Assembly (NCBI GenBank): GCA_007376145.1
Contig: VMFP01000004.1
Location: 70,988 to 134,987 of the forward strand
Length of the DNA stretch: 64,000 bases
Direction: 5' to 3'
DNA from: Parcubacteria group bacterium Gr01-1014_38
GTDB lineage: Bacteria > Patescibacteriota > Andersenbacteria > UBA10190 > CAIZMI01
This document shows positions 9,528 to 18,619 of this stretch, piece by piece; the first letter of the stretch is position 1; each line of letters opens with the position of its first letter. The notes under the pieces are model-generated. The model was not told the origin of the DNA. It saw nothing but the letters and a program-made list of their open reading frames with translations, and ran no database searches. The position numbers were made by a program, and so were the translations under genes.

Positions 9528-10352
9528 CTACGGTGCGTGATCTGGTTTCCGAAAGACTTTGCTCGGAAATCCCAGTTTTGCAAGCAAGAACGCTGCCAGC
9601 ACCCCGAGGGTCTGGACGGTGTACAGAATACTGTTTTTCAAACTCGCACCTCGCTTTTTGCCCGTGTACTGCACTTCGACGGGCACCTGACTCACCGCAC
9701 AGCGATGAAACGCTGCCTGCGCTAATAATTGCGCACTGAAGCTAAAGTCATCCGCGTTTGCGTGGTAGTTCACCTTTTCCAGCAGTGATCTGGCATACAC
9801 ACGAAATCCCTGATGATAATCACGAATCGGGAGACGAAGAACAATTGTGCAGAGAGCATCCAGCAGCATGACGACGGGGACTTTCCAGATGAACATGCCG
9901 CTCTTGATCGGATCGTGACCATCAGAAAATCTGTTCCCCAAGACGAATTCTGCTCCCCGCTCGATTTCTTGAAGGGCCGGCGCAATTGCAGAGGTTTTAT
10001 ATTCGCCGTCCGGATGAATATCCACGATGATGTCCGCTCCCTGCTCCAACGCGATATTCAATGCGCGCTTCAGATTCCCGCCGTATCCGCGGTTCACCTC
10101 ATTCCGATACGATTCAATGCCGAGCTCTTGAGCAAGGGCAAACGTCCGATCTTTCGATGCGTCGTCCACCAAGATGACGCGGTGGAAGAGTTCTTTTGGG
10201 AACACTCTCCAGAATTCCGCGAGCGCCTTTTCTGCATTGTAGGCAATGAAGATCGCGAAGAGCTTCGGCTGACCGCGTACAGACGCCCGTGCAGAAGCTC
10301 GCATAGTCTGGAGAGACGCGCGCGATGTTCCCGCGTGTTCCGCAACAGACAT
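9528..10352 (-). CDS. GT2 glycosyltransferase (DPM1-like)
   Basis: AYNAE, LVDDASKD, NRGYGG, HPDGEY, GNRF, GFRVY. Confidence 0.88.
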   Translation of the reverse strand: MSVAEHAGTSRASLQTMRASARASVRGQPKLFAIFIAYNAEKALAEFWRVFPKELFHRVILVDDASKDRTFALAQELGIESYRNEVNRGYGGNLKRALNIALEQGADIIVDIHPDGEYKTSAIAPALQEIERGAEFVLGNRFSDGHDPIKSGMFIWKVPVVMLLDALCTIVLRLPIRDYHQGFRVYARSLLEKVNYHANADDFSFSAQLLAQAAFHRCAVSQVPVEVQYTGKKRGASLKNSILYTVQTLGVLAAFLLAKLGFPSKVFRKPDHAP

Positions 10353-10388
10353 TGTTCCTCAATGAAATGACGAAGATGACGTAAGCGA

Positions 10389-12173
10389 TCAGCGGGCCGC
10401 CTGAACGCTTTCTGCCACACCGTGTGTAGCGCGTGAGGATTCACGAACGGGCGCACGCGCGGCAAACCCTCCGATGATGAGCGTATCCACGCCGCCGCGA
10501 AGGAATTCTTTCACTGCGTCTTCTGGCGTACACACGATAGGCTCCTCGTGCTTGTTGAAACTCGTGTTGACACAGAGCGGCAAGCCAGTGAGCTCGTTGT
10601 ACCGACGCAGAGCGTCGGCGATGAGCGGCTGACGTCTCTCACTGACTGATTGCGGACGTGCCGTTCCGTCTTTGTGCACGATACCCGGAGCTTTCTGCTT
10701 CGCCTCCTCCGTACATTCGCAACAAATGGTCATGAACTTCGTGGCGTACGCAAACTTTGAAAAGTTCTTGAAGTACCGTGGAGCCGCATCTTCCAGAATC
10801 ATGGGCGCAAACGGCATAAACTCGGTACGCGCGAGTCTCTTGTTCAACCAATCCATCATTGTGGGGTCCGCCGGCTCTGCAAGAATCGAACGGTTGCCGA
10901 GTGCACGCGGACCGTATTCCATGCGGCCTTGATACACGCCGATCACACGTTTTGCCGCAAGTTCGCACGCGATGCGTTCCGCCGGATTGTCGAGCGTTTC
11001 AAGTGCAAGCCCGTGCTTCTGCGCGGCGGCGCGAATCGCAGACTCATCATACTGCGGACCGTAATACATGTGCTCCAGCAAGAACGGATGGAGCGGCGTG
11101 CGTTCGGCGGTGGCGAAGAACGCTGCTCCCGTACACAATCCTCCGTCTCCCATATGAGGAAAGATATGGATACTGTTGACTTCCGGAAGTTCGACAAGAA
11201 GCTGGTTGAGACGCACGTTCGCAAACGTTCCGCCCGCGAGGGCAATATCGCGAATCCCTGTGCGCTGAATCGCTGCGCGGAGAACATCAATATATGCCTC
11301 CTCAAGAACCTTCTGCGCCGCATACGCGAGTTCTTCGCGCGTGGCACCGGGAAGCACGTCCCGAATACGTTTCGCTTCTCCCAGCCAGACACGCCGTTCC
11401 TTGTTTTCAAATCGCAACGCGGAAGCATTTCCTCCGTAGAGCATTCGCAGGCGCGCGTACGCCTCCGGCGAGGGTTTGTATGCGGCAAGACCGGTAATTT
11501 TGCCGGCATGACGCGTCGGCTTGAACCCGCAGAGATGCGTGATAACGTCCCAAAACCGCCCGGAGGAATGCACGACGGACGCGTGCGCGATGCGCGTCAA
11601 GCGGCCGTCGCGACCGACGGAAACGGTGCCCGACACGCCGTCTCCCGAATAATCCGCTGTGAGCACAAGAACGGGATCGGTACCGGCGGTGAAATACGCG
11701 CTCGCCGCATGGCAGGCGTGATGATCGTAAAACCGCACTGGCGCCGTGATGCCATATGATCGCAGCGTCGCGCGGACGGCCGCTCGCGGACGCTGCAGCA
11801 TCCCGACGCCTTTCACGGCACGCGCGAACAGCGGCGAATCCGTCAGCGGTCCAAGTGTACGGGCAATCGTCTCGCCATGACGCTTCCACATATTAATTTT
11901 CTGCGCATCGAACGACAGCGCCATGGTTTCACCTACCTCAAATTTCGATTGACCGGAGATCGCCACGGCGTCAATACTGGCCGGCTCGACACCGGTCGTC
12001 TCAAAAAGATTACGAAGACTTTCGTTAGGAAATCCCCAATGAAACTTCTTTCGCGAGAAGCGCTCTTCGCTTGCCGCATAGACAAAGCGCCCGTCCTCAA
12101 GCAACGTCACTCCGCTGTCGTGCGCGTCGTGAAGACCAAGGACACGGAGCGGCTGCGTGCGCATGTACGCCAC
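10389..12173 (-). CDS. O-carbamoyltransferase (NodU/CmcH family)
   Basis: HDS, EERFSRKK, DHHACHAASA, GKITGLAAY, MEYGPRALGNRSILA, FMPFAP, HKDGTARPQ, NTSFNKHEEPIV. Confidence 0.92.
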   Translation of the reverse strand: MAYMRTQPLRVLGLHDAHDSGVTLLEDGRFVYAASEERFSRKKFHWGFPNESLRNLFETTGVEPASIDAVAISGQSKFEVGETMALSFDAQKINMWKRHGETIARTLGPLTDSPLFARAVKGVGMLQRPRAAVRATLRSYGITAPVRFYDHHACHAASAYFTAGTDPVLVLTADYSGDGVSGTVSVGRDGRLTRIAHASVVHSSGRFWDVITHLCGFKPTRHAGKITGLAAYKPSPEAYARLRMLYGGNASALRFENKERRVWLGEAKRIRDVLPGATREELAYAAQKVLEEAYIDVLRAAIQRTGIRDIALAGGTFANVRLNQLLVELPEVNSIHIFPHMGDGGLCTGAAFFATAERTPLHPFLLEHMYYGPQYDESAIRAAAQKHGLALETLDNPAERIACELAAKRVIGVYQGRMEYGPRALGNRSILAEPADPTMMDWLNKRLARTEFMPFAPMILEDAAPRYFKNFSKFAYATKFMTICCECTEEAKQKAPGIVHKDGTARPQSVSERRQPLIADALRRYNELTGLPLCVNTSFNKHEEPIVCTPEDAVKEFLRGGVDTLIIGGFAARAPVRESSRATHGVAESVQAAR

Positions 12174-12179
12174 TCACGG

Positions 12180-12208
12180 ACAGTAAGCAGAAGGGCTACT
12201 TCGTGCAA
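12180..12208 (-). promoter_or_regulatory. promoter TTGCAC-17-TACTGT, 6 nt before GTG 12173 (leaderless)
   Basis: Read directly from the minus strand. Confidence 0.55.
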
Positions 12209-12357
12209 CTGCATGGTTCGTAACCGCTCACTGATGGGAAAGTGCCCAAAGAGAGATGCACCGAGCGGGTTTCGAGCGCGCAGTTCGCGCGAGACCCCGA
12301 TCCCTGCAGGGCGAGGAAAGCGAGAGGCGCCCTTCTTGGGCGCTCGTATGCTTTCTG

Positions 12358-14577
12358 TCAGTGGTCGTGTTCGCGCAGGGTAAGATCGGCAAGATGCATG
12401 ACAGCAGACGACGGAGCGGAAGGGAGAACAGCGATACCGACACGAACGGTTTTGAAACTCTTGGTTCCGATAGAACGCGCAATGCGATCCGTACCCGGAC
12501 CGCTATACACATCAATAGCGCCATCAGGACGGAAATCAAAGGCAAAGGTCAACGCACCTGTACCGCGAACTTCCCGCGGATGCAGCGCAACGGCAATGCC
12601 CCACCATGCATCCTTTGTCAGAAACGTTACTTCGGAAAGATTTGAGGGAAGATCAGGACGTATCGTCGCATCATCAAACAGAAGAACAAGCGCGACGGTA
12701 CCTCCGATCTCTTCGCCGTTTTTCCACCGTCGTTCGATGCCTGACAGATCGAGGCGAGCCTCAAGGAGACGATCTGCAAGCTCGGCGTTTGCCCATGTCC
12801 GTCGCGTGCGGAACAATCGGGAGCGGGTGAGGTCGAATGGCGCGTGCGGATCTGCGAATAGTTCTCCTTCTGTGCTCCACGAAGCAGGAAGCGTGTTCTC
12901 TCCTTTCCGCGCTTCCGGGGTCACGCGCTCATACAGCACATACACCGGATTCCAGATTTTGCGCGGGAGCGGACGACCGAACAGGACCGGCTCCCGACCA
13001 AACACCCGGTGGACGCGATACTGTTCGAGCAGCCGCGTAAACTCCGCGCGCACGTTCGGGTCATAGACCAGCTGGCGAAGATCGGGGTCGTAGTTGTCTG
13101 GCTCTTGTTGGGCAACGAGATACCGGACAGATGTTGCTCGATAGACAGTGGTTGCATTCCCCTGCCATTTCCGCAGCAGCGGAGCTATCTGAAGACGGGA
13201 ACGATCGAGGGGAAGGCCGTGTCGCGTGCCCGGCTCAAAATCTCCCACCGCCTCTCCTTCGCTCATCGTGTCACGGAGATACGTCGCCACCTGTTCCCGA
13301 ACGTCGGCACCGACGGCAAATGAGGGAAACTGCGCGAGCGTGATGCTTGCGGTCGCGGCAACCATCACCCCGCCGAACACCGTGGCCGCCCAACGTACTG
13401 CCTGGGGAATGCGCATACCTGGCACCGCGGCAGCCGCGATCAGAGACGGAAACAGCACGACAAAAGGAATAAAGGGAATAAGATAGCGATCGGAATAGGC
13501 GGGAAAGAAACTTAAGCTCCAGAACATAAGGAACGCTGATGCAAGCACGAGCAGGTGGCGAGCGCCTAGACCCGCCCGAAGCGCGAGAAGCGTACTCCCG
13601 ATGAACGCGGCGGCCATGACCGGGAATACCCACCGAAGCGCTGGCCCGGCAACAACAGTGAGAAACATCTTATTCGGTCGCGTGAAGGCATTCCACGTCG
13701 CGCGGAGCGTTGCCACGGTCGGCGGCGGAAACTGCGGTGTGTTATTCGGCAGCGTCGTCTGGATCCCCCACCACCGCGCGAAACCCATGTAGGGGTAGGG
13801 GAAAAGGAGAAGAAAGACCACGACGGAAGTTGCGAGAGAGATGGCCAGATTTCGGAGAGCGCTCTTCCATCGCGGCTTCCGCCAGATCCAGGCACAGAGA
13901 TGCGCAAGAAGGAGAATCGCGGTGAACGGAAGCGCGGAACTTTTGAAAGCGAAGGCTGCACCGGTCAGGAGACCTCCCGCTGCTGCGGCTTTCCACCCTC
14001 CGCGCTCGATGATGCGGAATCCAGCAAGAAGCAAGAGCGTCAGAAATGTCGCAAGGGGAACTTCGCTTTTGATGAGTTGGGAATATCCCCAGTGCCCGGG
14101 GAGAAATACCAAGAGCGCCAATGTAAAGAGACCGGCGCGCGTCCCTCCCAGCGCGCGACCAAGAAGATAGATGGCAACGAGACCGAGGATGCCGAAGACG
14201 CTCACCAATAATCGAGGGATGACATACTCGACGATCTGATTCTGTCCCGCGTTGATTCCGAGTACCTGCGTGAGCGCAACCAGCGGACGACTGAACAAGC
14301 GATAGATAAAGATTCCCTGAATAATCTCGTAATCACTGTAGGTGGTCCAGTATTCTTGCCATGGAATCTGCAGCGCATAGAGCGCATGCACTTCGTCGTG
14401 GACGGGGGAAGAATGCGAGACCGTGTGAGAAACTCCCCAATCAAGACCGCCCATACGCAGAACAATGCCAACACCAAGGAGCGCCCAAAATATTGCGCGC
14501 GGAAACCGCTGTTCCGGAAGCGGAAATGCCGCCAGAACGCGCGTGATCCAGCTACTGAAGCGAACGCGTTGAGACAT
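12358..14577 (-). CDS. GT-C membrane glycosyltransferase (PMT_2/ArnT-like) with large C-terminal extracytoplasmic region
   Basis: TM1 followed by VHDEVH acidic loop, PRLLVSVFG, about 12 TM helices, DRYLIP. Confidence 0.75.
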   Translation of the reverse strand: MSQRVRFSSWITRVLAAFPLPEQRFPRAIFWALLGVGIVLRMGGLDWGVSHTVSHSSPVHDEVHALYALQIPWQEYWTTYSDYEIIQGIFIYRLFSRPLVALTQVLGINAGQNQIVEYVIPRLLVSVFGILGLVAIYLLGRALGGTRAGLFTLALLVFLPGHWGYSQLIKSEVPLATFLTLLLLAGFRIIERGGWKAAAAGGLLTGAAFAFKSSALPFTAILLLAHLCAWIWRKPRWKSALRNLAISLATSVVVFLLLFPYPYMGFARWWGIQTTLPNNTPQFPPPTVATLRATWNAFTRPNKMFLTVVAGPALRWVFPVMAAAFIGSTLLALRAGLGARHLLVLASAFLMFWSLSFFPAYSDRYLIPFIPFVVLFPSLIAAAAVPGMRIPQAVRWAATVFGGVMVAATASITLAQFPSFAVGADVREQVATYLRDTMSEGEAVGDFEPGTRHGLPLDRSRLQIAPLLRKWQGNATTVYRATSVRYLVAQQEPDNYDPDLRQLVYDPNVRAEFTRLLEQYRVHRVFGREPVLFGRPLPRKIWNPVYVLYERVTPEARKGENTLPASWSTEGELFADPHAPFDLTRSRLFRTRRTWANAELADRLLEARLDLSGIERRWKNGEEIGGTVALVLLFDDATIRPDLPSNLSEVTFLTKDAWWGIAVALHPREVRGTGALTFAFDFRPDGAIDVYSGPGTDRIARSIGTKSFKTVRVGIAVLPSAPSSAVMHLADLTLREHDH

Positions 14578-14582
14578 ACACC

Positions 14583-16112
14583 TTACTCTGTCTGGTCCTG
14601 ATTCTCGTACACCCAGGCATACGGCAAACCGTTAATGGTGACGACAGAGAGCGGAGTTACCCGTCCCAGATATCGTTGAAGGAACGCCGTCTCGTAGCTA
14701 TCGTTCGACCGTTCGAACATGCTTCGGTACAGCACCACATATCTGAACCCTGGCTCGTGAGAACGCACCAGGCGCTCAACTTGGCCATGGTAAAATTTCG
14801 CGAGAACCCGGGGATAATACGAGACCACTGGAACGCCAGCGTCAGGCTGTGCGTTCAAAAACTCGGCGGCGTGCTCCAACCCTTCACCCCATCCCAGCTT
14901 TCGGTTTTCTCTGATAGGAAACAAGCGATTGTAGTGAGCGAGAGGGTAGGGATGGAGACGCTGAACTTCCCAAGCGTTGAGAACAAGAAAGAGACCGGCG
15001 ACGACGGCACGCGCTGCCCATGGGCGAGCGGAAGGCGCCATGCGCCCCAGAAATCCCCCCAGAGCCGACGCCCCAGACATTGCAAGGAGATCAGCGGCGA
15101 GAAAGAGGATGAGAATCCAACGGTCACTCTTGGTGGAAAAAACACTGATGACCCCGGCATACCCCGCGGCGAGGAGAAAAACGGTGAGTGCGACAGCGTG
15201 CAGGTCCGAGAGGGAGTCAGATACCGCTGTTGATTGCGGTGCGCGACGCGCCCTCCGCTTCATGTGTGCGAGCGCCGTGAGCATACCAATGGGCGCGAGC
15301 ACGGTCACGACGGGAGTTGTGCGGAAGAGAAACTCTCGCGGGTAATACCACCAGCGTTCTTCGCCACCGCGACCGCGCGCCTCCCCCAGAGAAATACCTG
15401 CTTGCTTATAAAACGCGTCGATGTTGGTTTTGGTGGGAACCCACAGCGCCGGCCAAAGAGCAATAATGGTGATGATGCTCGCGAGCGCCCAGACTGCCGC
15501 GAGGCGAATCCACGACCGCAAGGATGAAGAAGAAAACCGAAGAAGCAATAGGCAGCCGACGAGGAAGATCGCGCCATGGAGTTTCGTGAGGAGTACAAAG
15601 CCGGCAGTCACGCCACTCATGACCAAATACCGACGCGCCCGCGTTCGTTGGTAGAGCATAAGAAGCAGCGTGGTGAGGAGAAGAAAAAGCGCCAGTAGCG
15701 CATCGGTATGAACCACCCGGCTATGGGCTACCAGGAACGGATCGAGGGCGAGCGCCGCGGCCATGGCAAGCCCGACCCAGAAAGAGGTGAGTTTCACCAG
15801 GAGATACGCGCTGACGAACAGCGCACAAGAAACAGCGAAAGCGATCGCTCCCTGCGAAGCGGCAAGAGACTGAAACTGATCAGCAACTCCCGCGAGCCAG
15901 GCGGTCGTGACGCCCGGATGAATATTCGTAAACGTCTTCCCAACATCGAGTGTCGCGAGTCCCTCGATAAACTTTGCGCCGCGGGCAATCCAGAGCGGTT
16001 CGTCAATTGTGAGGGAGGTTCCGAGGCCGGCAAGACGCGGCACAAGAACCATGATCGCAAAGATCCCAATCGCACACGCGCGGCGAAGGTCTACGGGAAA
16101 GTGGACGCGCAC
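14583..16112 (-). CDS. GT-C membrane glycosyltransferase (PMT_2-like)
   Basis: TIDEPLW, HPGV, LDPFLVAHSRVVHTD, LLTK, WWYY; polytopic. Confidence 0.78.
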   Translation of the reverse strand: MRVHFPVDLRRACAIGIFAIMVLVPRLAGLGTSLTIDEPLWIARGAKFIEGLATLDVGKTFTNIHPGVTTAWLAGVADQFQSLAASQGAIAFAVSCALFVSAYLLVKLTSFWVGLAMAAALALDPFLVAHSRVVHTDALLALFLLLTTLLLMLYQRTRARRYLVMSGVTAGFVLLTKLHGAIFLVGCLLLLRFSSSSLRSWIRLAAVWALASIITIIALWPALWVPTKTNIDAFYKQAGISLGEARGRGGEERWWYYPREFLFRTTPVVTVLAPIGMLTALAHMKRRARRAPQSTAVSDSLSDLHAVALTVFLLAAGYAGVISVFSTKSDRWILILFLAADLLAMSGASALGGFLGRMAPSARPWAARAVVAGLFLVLNAWEVQRLHPYPLAHYNRLFPIRENRKLGWGEGLEHAAEFLNAQPDAGVPVVSYYPRVLAKFYHGQVERLVRSHEPGFRYVVLYRSMFERSNDSYETAFLQRYLGRVTPLSVVTINGLPYAWVYENQDQTE

Positions 16113-16119
16113 GCCAGGA

Positions 16120-16129
16120 ATGCTACACT
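16120..16129. promoter_or_regulatory. overlapping bidirectional -10 elements (ATGCTACACT) serving two divergent leaderless genes
   Basis: Plus strand TGcTACACT lies 8 nt before ATG 16138. Minus strand TAGCAT lies 7 nt before GTG 16112. Confidence 0.55.
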
Positions 16130-16137
16130 ACCGACTC

Positions 16138-16821
16138 ATGCGTTTCCAGGATCTCGTAAAGCACTTGCCAGTTGATTTGGGACAAGGAACGTACCGGCAC
16201 ACGACCAAAGCAAAACTCATTGCATACAGACTAGCGGGAACGGGAAACGGAAAACGCGCTCTTGATTTGGGCTGCGGGGACGGGTTTTGGTCGGCGAAAC
16301 TTCGAGAACGCGGCTGGGACGTGACTGCGGCAAACTATCAAGACACACGCTGCCCGGGTGTAATGGAAGTGAATGTGGAGTTGCCGCTGCCATTTCCCTC
16401 CAATTCGTTTGACCTTGTATGGATGGTAGAAGTTCTCGAACACGTCCAAAATATTCCTAACTGCACCCGGGAAGTCCGAAGAGTTCTTCGGCCCAACGGA
16501 CGCATTATTCTTACCACGCCGAATTCCGCATTTTGGCTGTATCGCGTTCTACAGCTGTTTGGTATTACTCCGGCGCAAATTCAAAACCCCGATCACAAGC
16601 AGTTTTTCTCACTCCGGGACATCCGGGCGCTTTTCCCGGAGGCAGACATCTACGGCTTCTTCCCCTACGCCGTGCTCAAGTTCACCATCCGCCGCGGGAT
16701 TGGCCGCCTGTCTCCCACGTTCGTGGTTATTGACCGCGCACCCCGTGCAGCTGCGTCACAGCGTCCCTCTCTCGACGAGACGGATCAGGAAGCGCACGCG
16801 TCGATGCGCGCGCCCGCCTAG
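16138..16821 (+). CDS. class I SAM-dependent methyltransferase (type 11)
   Basis: ALDLGCGDG, LPFPSNSFD, EVLEH, RVLRPNG, TTPN. Confidence 0.88.
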   Translation: MRFQDLVKHLPVDLGQGTYRHTTKAKLIAYRLAGTGNGKRALDLGCGDGFWSAKLRERGWDVTAANYQDTRCPGVMEVNVELPLPFPSNSFDLVWMVEVLEHVQNIPNCTREVRRVLRPNGRIILTTPNSAFWLYRVLQLFGITPAQIQNPDHKQFFSLRDIRALFPEADIYGFFPYAVLKFTIRRGIGRLSPTFVVIDRAPRAAASQRPSLDETDQEAHASMRAPA

Positions 16822-16890
16822 TGCCGCGGTGCCTGCGCCAAGGACCCGCGTCGGACTCCCTCGGACGACCGCCGCGACGAGAGTCCACCA

Positions 16891-17835
16891 TCATTCCACC
16901 GGCGGTTTAAAGCATGAAATTTCCAGGACGGAACCCATACCAGTGATATCGAACACACCGTACAGCGCATGACGCAGAGCGCGAATGCCGGCCCCCACCA
17001 GCGATCGGCGGTAGACGTGCTGGACATAGTCGTTACGAACTCGCTCTCCCGCGCGCCGAAAAATGAGTTCGAGGAGCGTTTCGGGAATCCCGTAGCTCCG
17101 AATGGAAATGTCAGCAAACCCAAGCCGTTCAAGCATGGTGCGGGCGGATCGTCGAGAAAAAAAGAGCAGATGGAGCGGCGGGTGACCGCCGATCCAACGA
17201 TCAATTCCGAGGAGAATGGTCAGAGACTGGACATTGGGAAGCCCGGAAATAAACAAGAGTCCTCCGTTTTTGAGGAGCCGCTGGAGGTACACGACATAGC
17301 GCTCTGGCTCCGCGATATGCTCCAAGACACTCGCCATAAAAACGGCATCGAACGACCCCGCCTCCAACCGAGCCTCGAACAGGGAACAGCGCTGAATACC
17401 CAGACGCTCATCCTTTTCGGATGAACGGACCCAATCTCCTGGGTCAACGCCCGCTGTTTCCCAACCCTCCGCTGCAGCGATCTCGAGAAACTGCCCTCCG
17501 CCGCACCCCAGTTCAAAAATTTTTCCCTTCCTCTGAAGGATCCGGTGCAGCCGACCAAGCTGTTCCCGCGCTTTTTCCGCGATCCATACTCTCTCGCCGC
17601 CCAGGAAGCAGTCGGTGTCCAGGTACTCCGTGTGAAAAAAATTGTCGTATTCGTCCCTGGGAAGCGCATACGCGGCGAGCAGCGACGCCTCCGACGGACG
17701 CGGGGAGACGTAAATCATCCCGCAGACGGTGCATTTCTCCAGCCGCCAGCCGTTCAACGTCTTCCACTGCCGACTGTTGTTCCGTCCGCAGGCCGGGCAT
17801 CGAAGGACGGATACCGTTTCCGTCGGGAATGTCAT
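16891..17835 (-). CDS. SAM-dependent methyltransferase with N-terminal Zn-ribbon
   Basis: CPAC...CTVC, FELGCGGG, SVLEH, PN; start inferred at MTFPTE. Confidence 0.82.
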   Translation of the reverse strand: MTFPTETVSVLRCPACGRNNSRQWKTLNGWRLEKCTVCGMIYVSPRPSEASLLAAYALPRDEYDNFFHTEYLDTDCFLGGERVWIAEKAREQLGRLHRILQRKGKIFELGCGGGQFLEIAAAEGWETAGVDPGDWVRSSEKDERLGIQRCSLFEARLEAGSFDAVFMASVLEHIAEPERYVVYLQRLLKNGGLLFISGLPNVQSLTILLGIDRWIGGHPPLHLLFFSRRSARTMLERLGFADISIRSYGIPETLLELIFRRAGERVRNDYVQHVYRRSLVGAGIRALRHALYGVFDITGMGSVLEISCFKPPVE

Positions 17836-17902
17836 CCGACCCCCGCTCTGCTCGCCACACATCCTCGTCCAACCAGTGCAAAAGGTCTTGGCCCAGAGAC
17901 GC

Positions 17903-18619
17903 TCATGGCTTTCGCGCGACGGCTGCGTAGTGAAGGGCGAAGAGCTTCCGGCGATCCGTGTGCCCATCAAACCACAGTGCGAGAGCGTTGGAAGCCCGGA
18001 GGAGACCAGACGTCAGAGGCCAGATCACGGGAACTCCGTACGCGAGCCCAACCAGGAACGTCGCGGGGATCAACTGCAGAAAACAGAATATTCCCCCGGA
18101 TGGCTCCAGAGAAAGTACTGCGAACCCCCCGTCTTCGAGAAGGCGACGAAGCCCATACGTAGTATACCGATAAAAATCGTTCGGCTCGTTGTGAAGATAT
18201 CCAAGATGCGGCACGGTGATAATCAGCTTTCCGCCGGGGCGAAGGACACGGCGGATTTCCGCAAGCGCCCTTCTCGGGTCAGGGATATGTTCGAGAACCT
18301 CCGCACACAGAACCGTGTCGAAACTCCCATCCGGAAGCGGCATGGCCTGGACGTCCCCAAGGTAGTCGAGCGCTGGGTGAGTGCGGGTGACGTCGAGACT
18401 GCGATACTCCTGCACATGAGGGAGAAGCACCGATCGGTAGGTGAGCGTTCCAGCACCGGCATCAAGTGCACGCCCGCGGGCATGGGCGGCGGCTGCGCGG
18501 CGCACATCCCGGAGAAGCGCCAGACCCGCGGCGCTTCGCGCCCAAAATGCCTCCGTCCCCGCAAGGTCCGTGGAGGACTGCGCCCACTGTCGCTTGATGC
18601 GCTCGTGTAACGAACTCAT
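17903..18619 (-). CDS. class I SAM-dependent methyltransferase (type 11)
   Basis: ALDAGAG, EVLEHIPDP, RVLRPGG, HNEPNDFYRYT. Confidence 0.88.
   Translation of the reverse strand: MSSLHERIKRQWAQSSTDLAGTEAFWARSAAGLALLRDVRRAAAAHARGRALDAGAGTLTYRSVLLPHVQEYRSLDVTRTHPALDYLGDVQAMPLPDGSFDTVLCAEVLEHIPDPRRALAEIRRVLRPGGKLIITVPHLGYLHNEPNDFYRYTTYGLRRLLEDGGFAVLSLEPSGGIFCFLQLIPATFLVGLAYGVPVIWPLTSGLLRASNALALWFDGHTDRRKLFALHYAAVARKP

Noticed and set aside
5241-12173. Antibiotic biosynthetic gene cluster
   Set aside because: No PKS, NRPS, GT1 aglycone glycosyltransferase, resistance or pathway regulator gene; the context is envelope glycosylation.
12267-12345. Hairpins GGGTTTC/GAGACCC with GCGCG/CGCGC, and GCGCCC/GGGCGC, in the intergenic region
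   Set aside because: Short GC stems with no convincing U-tract, second copy or family motif; not distinguishable from chance.
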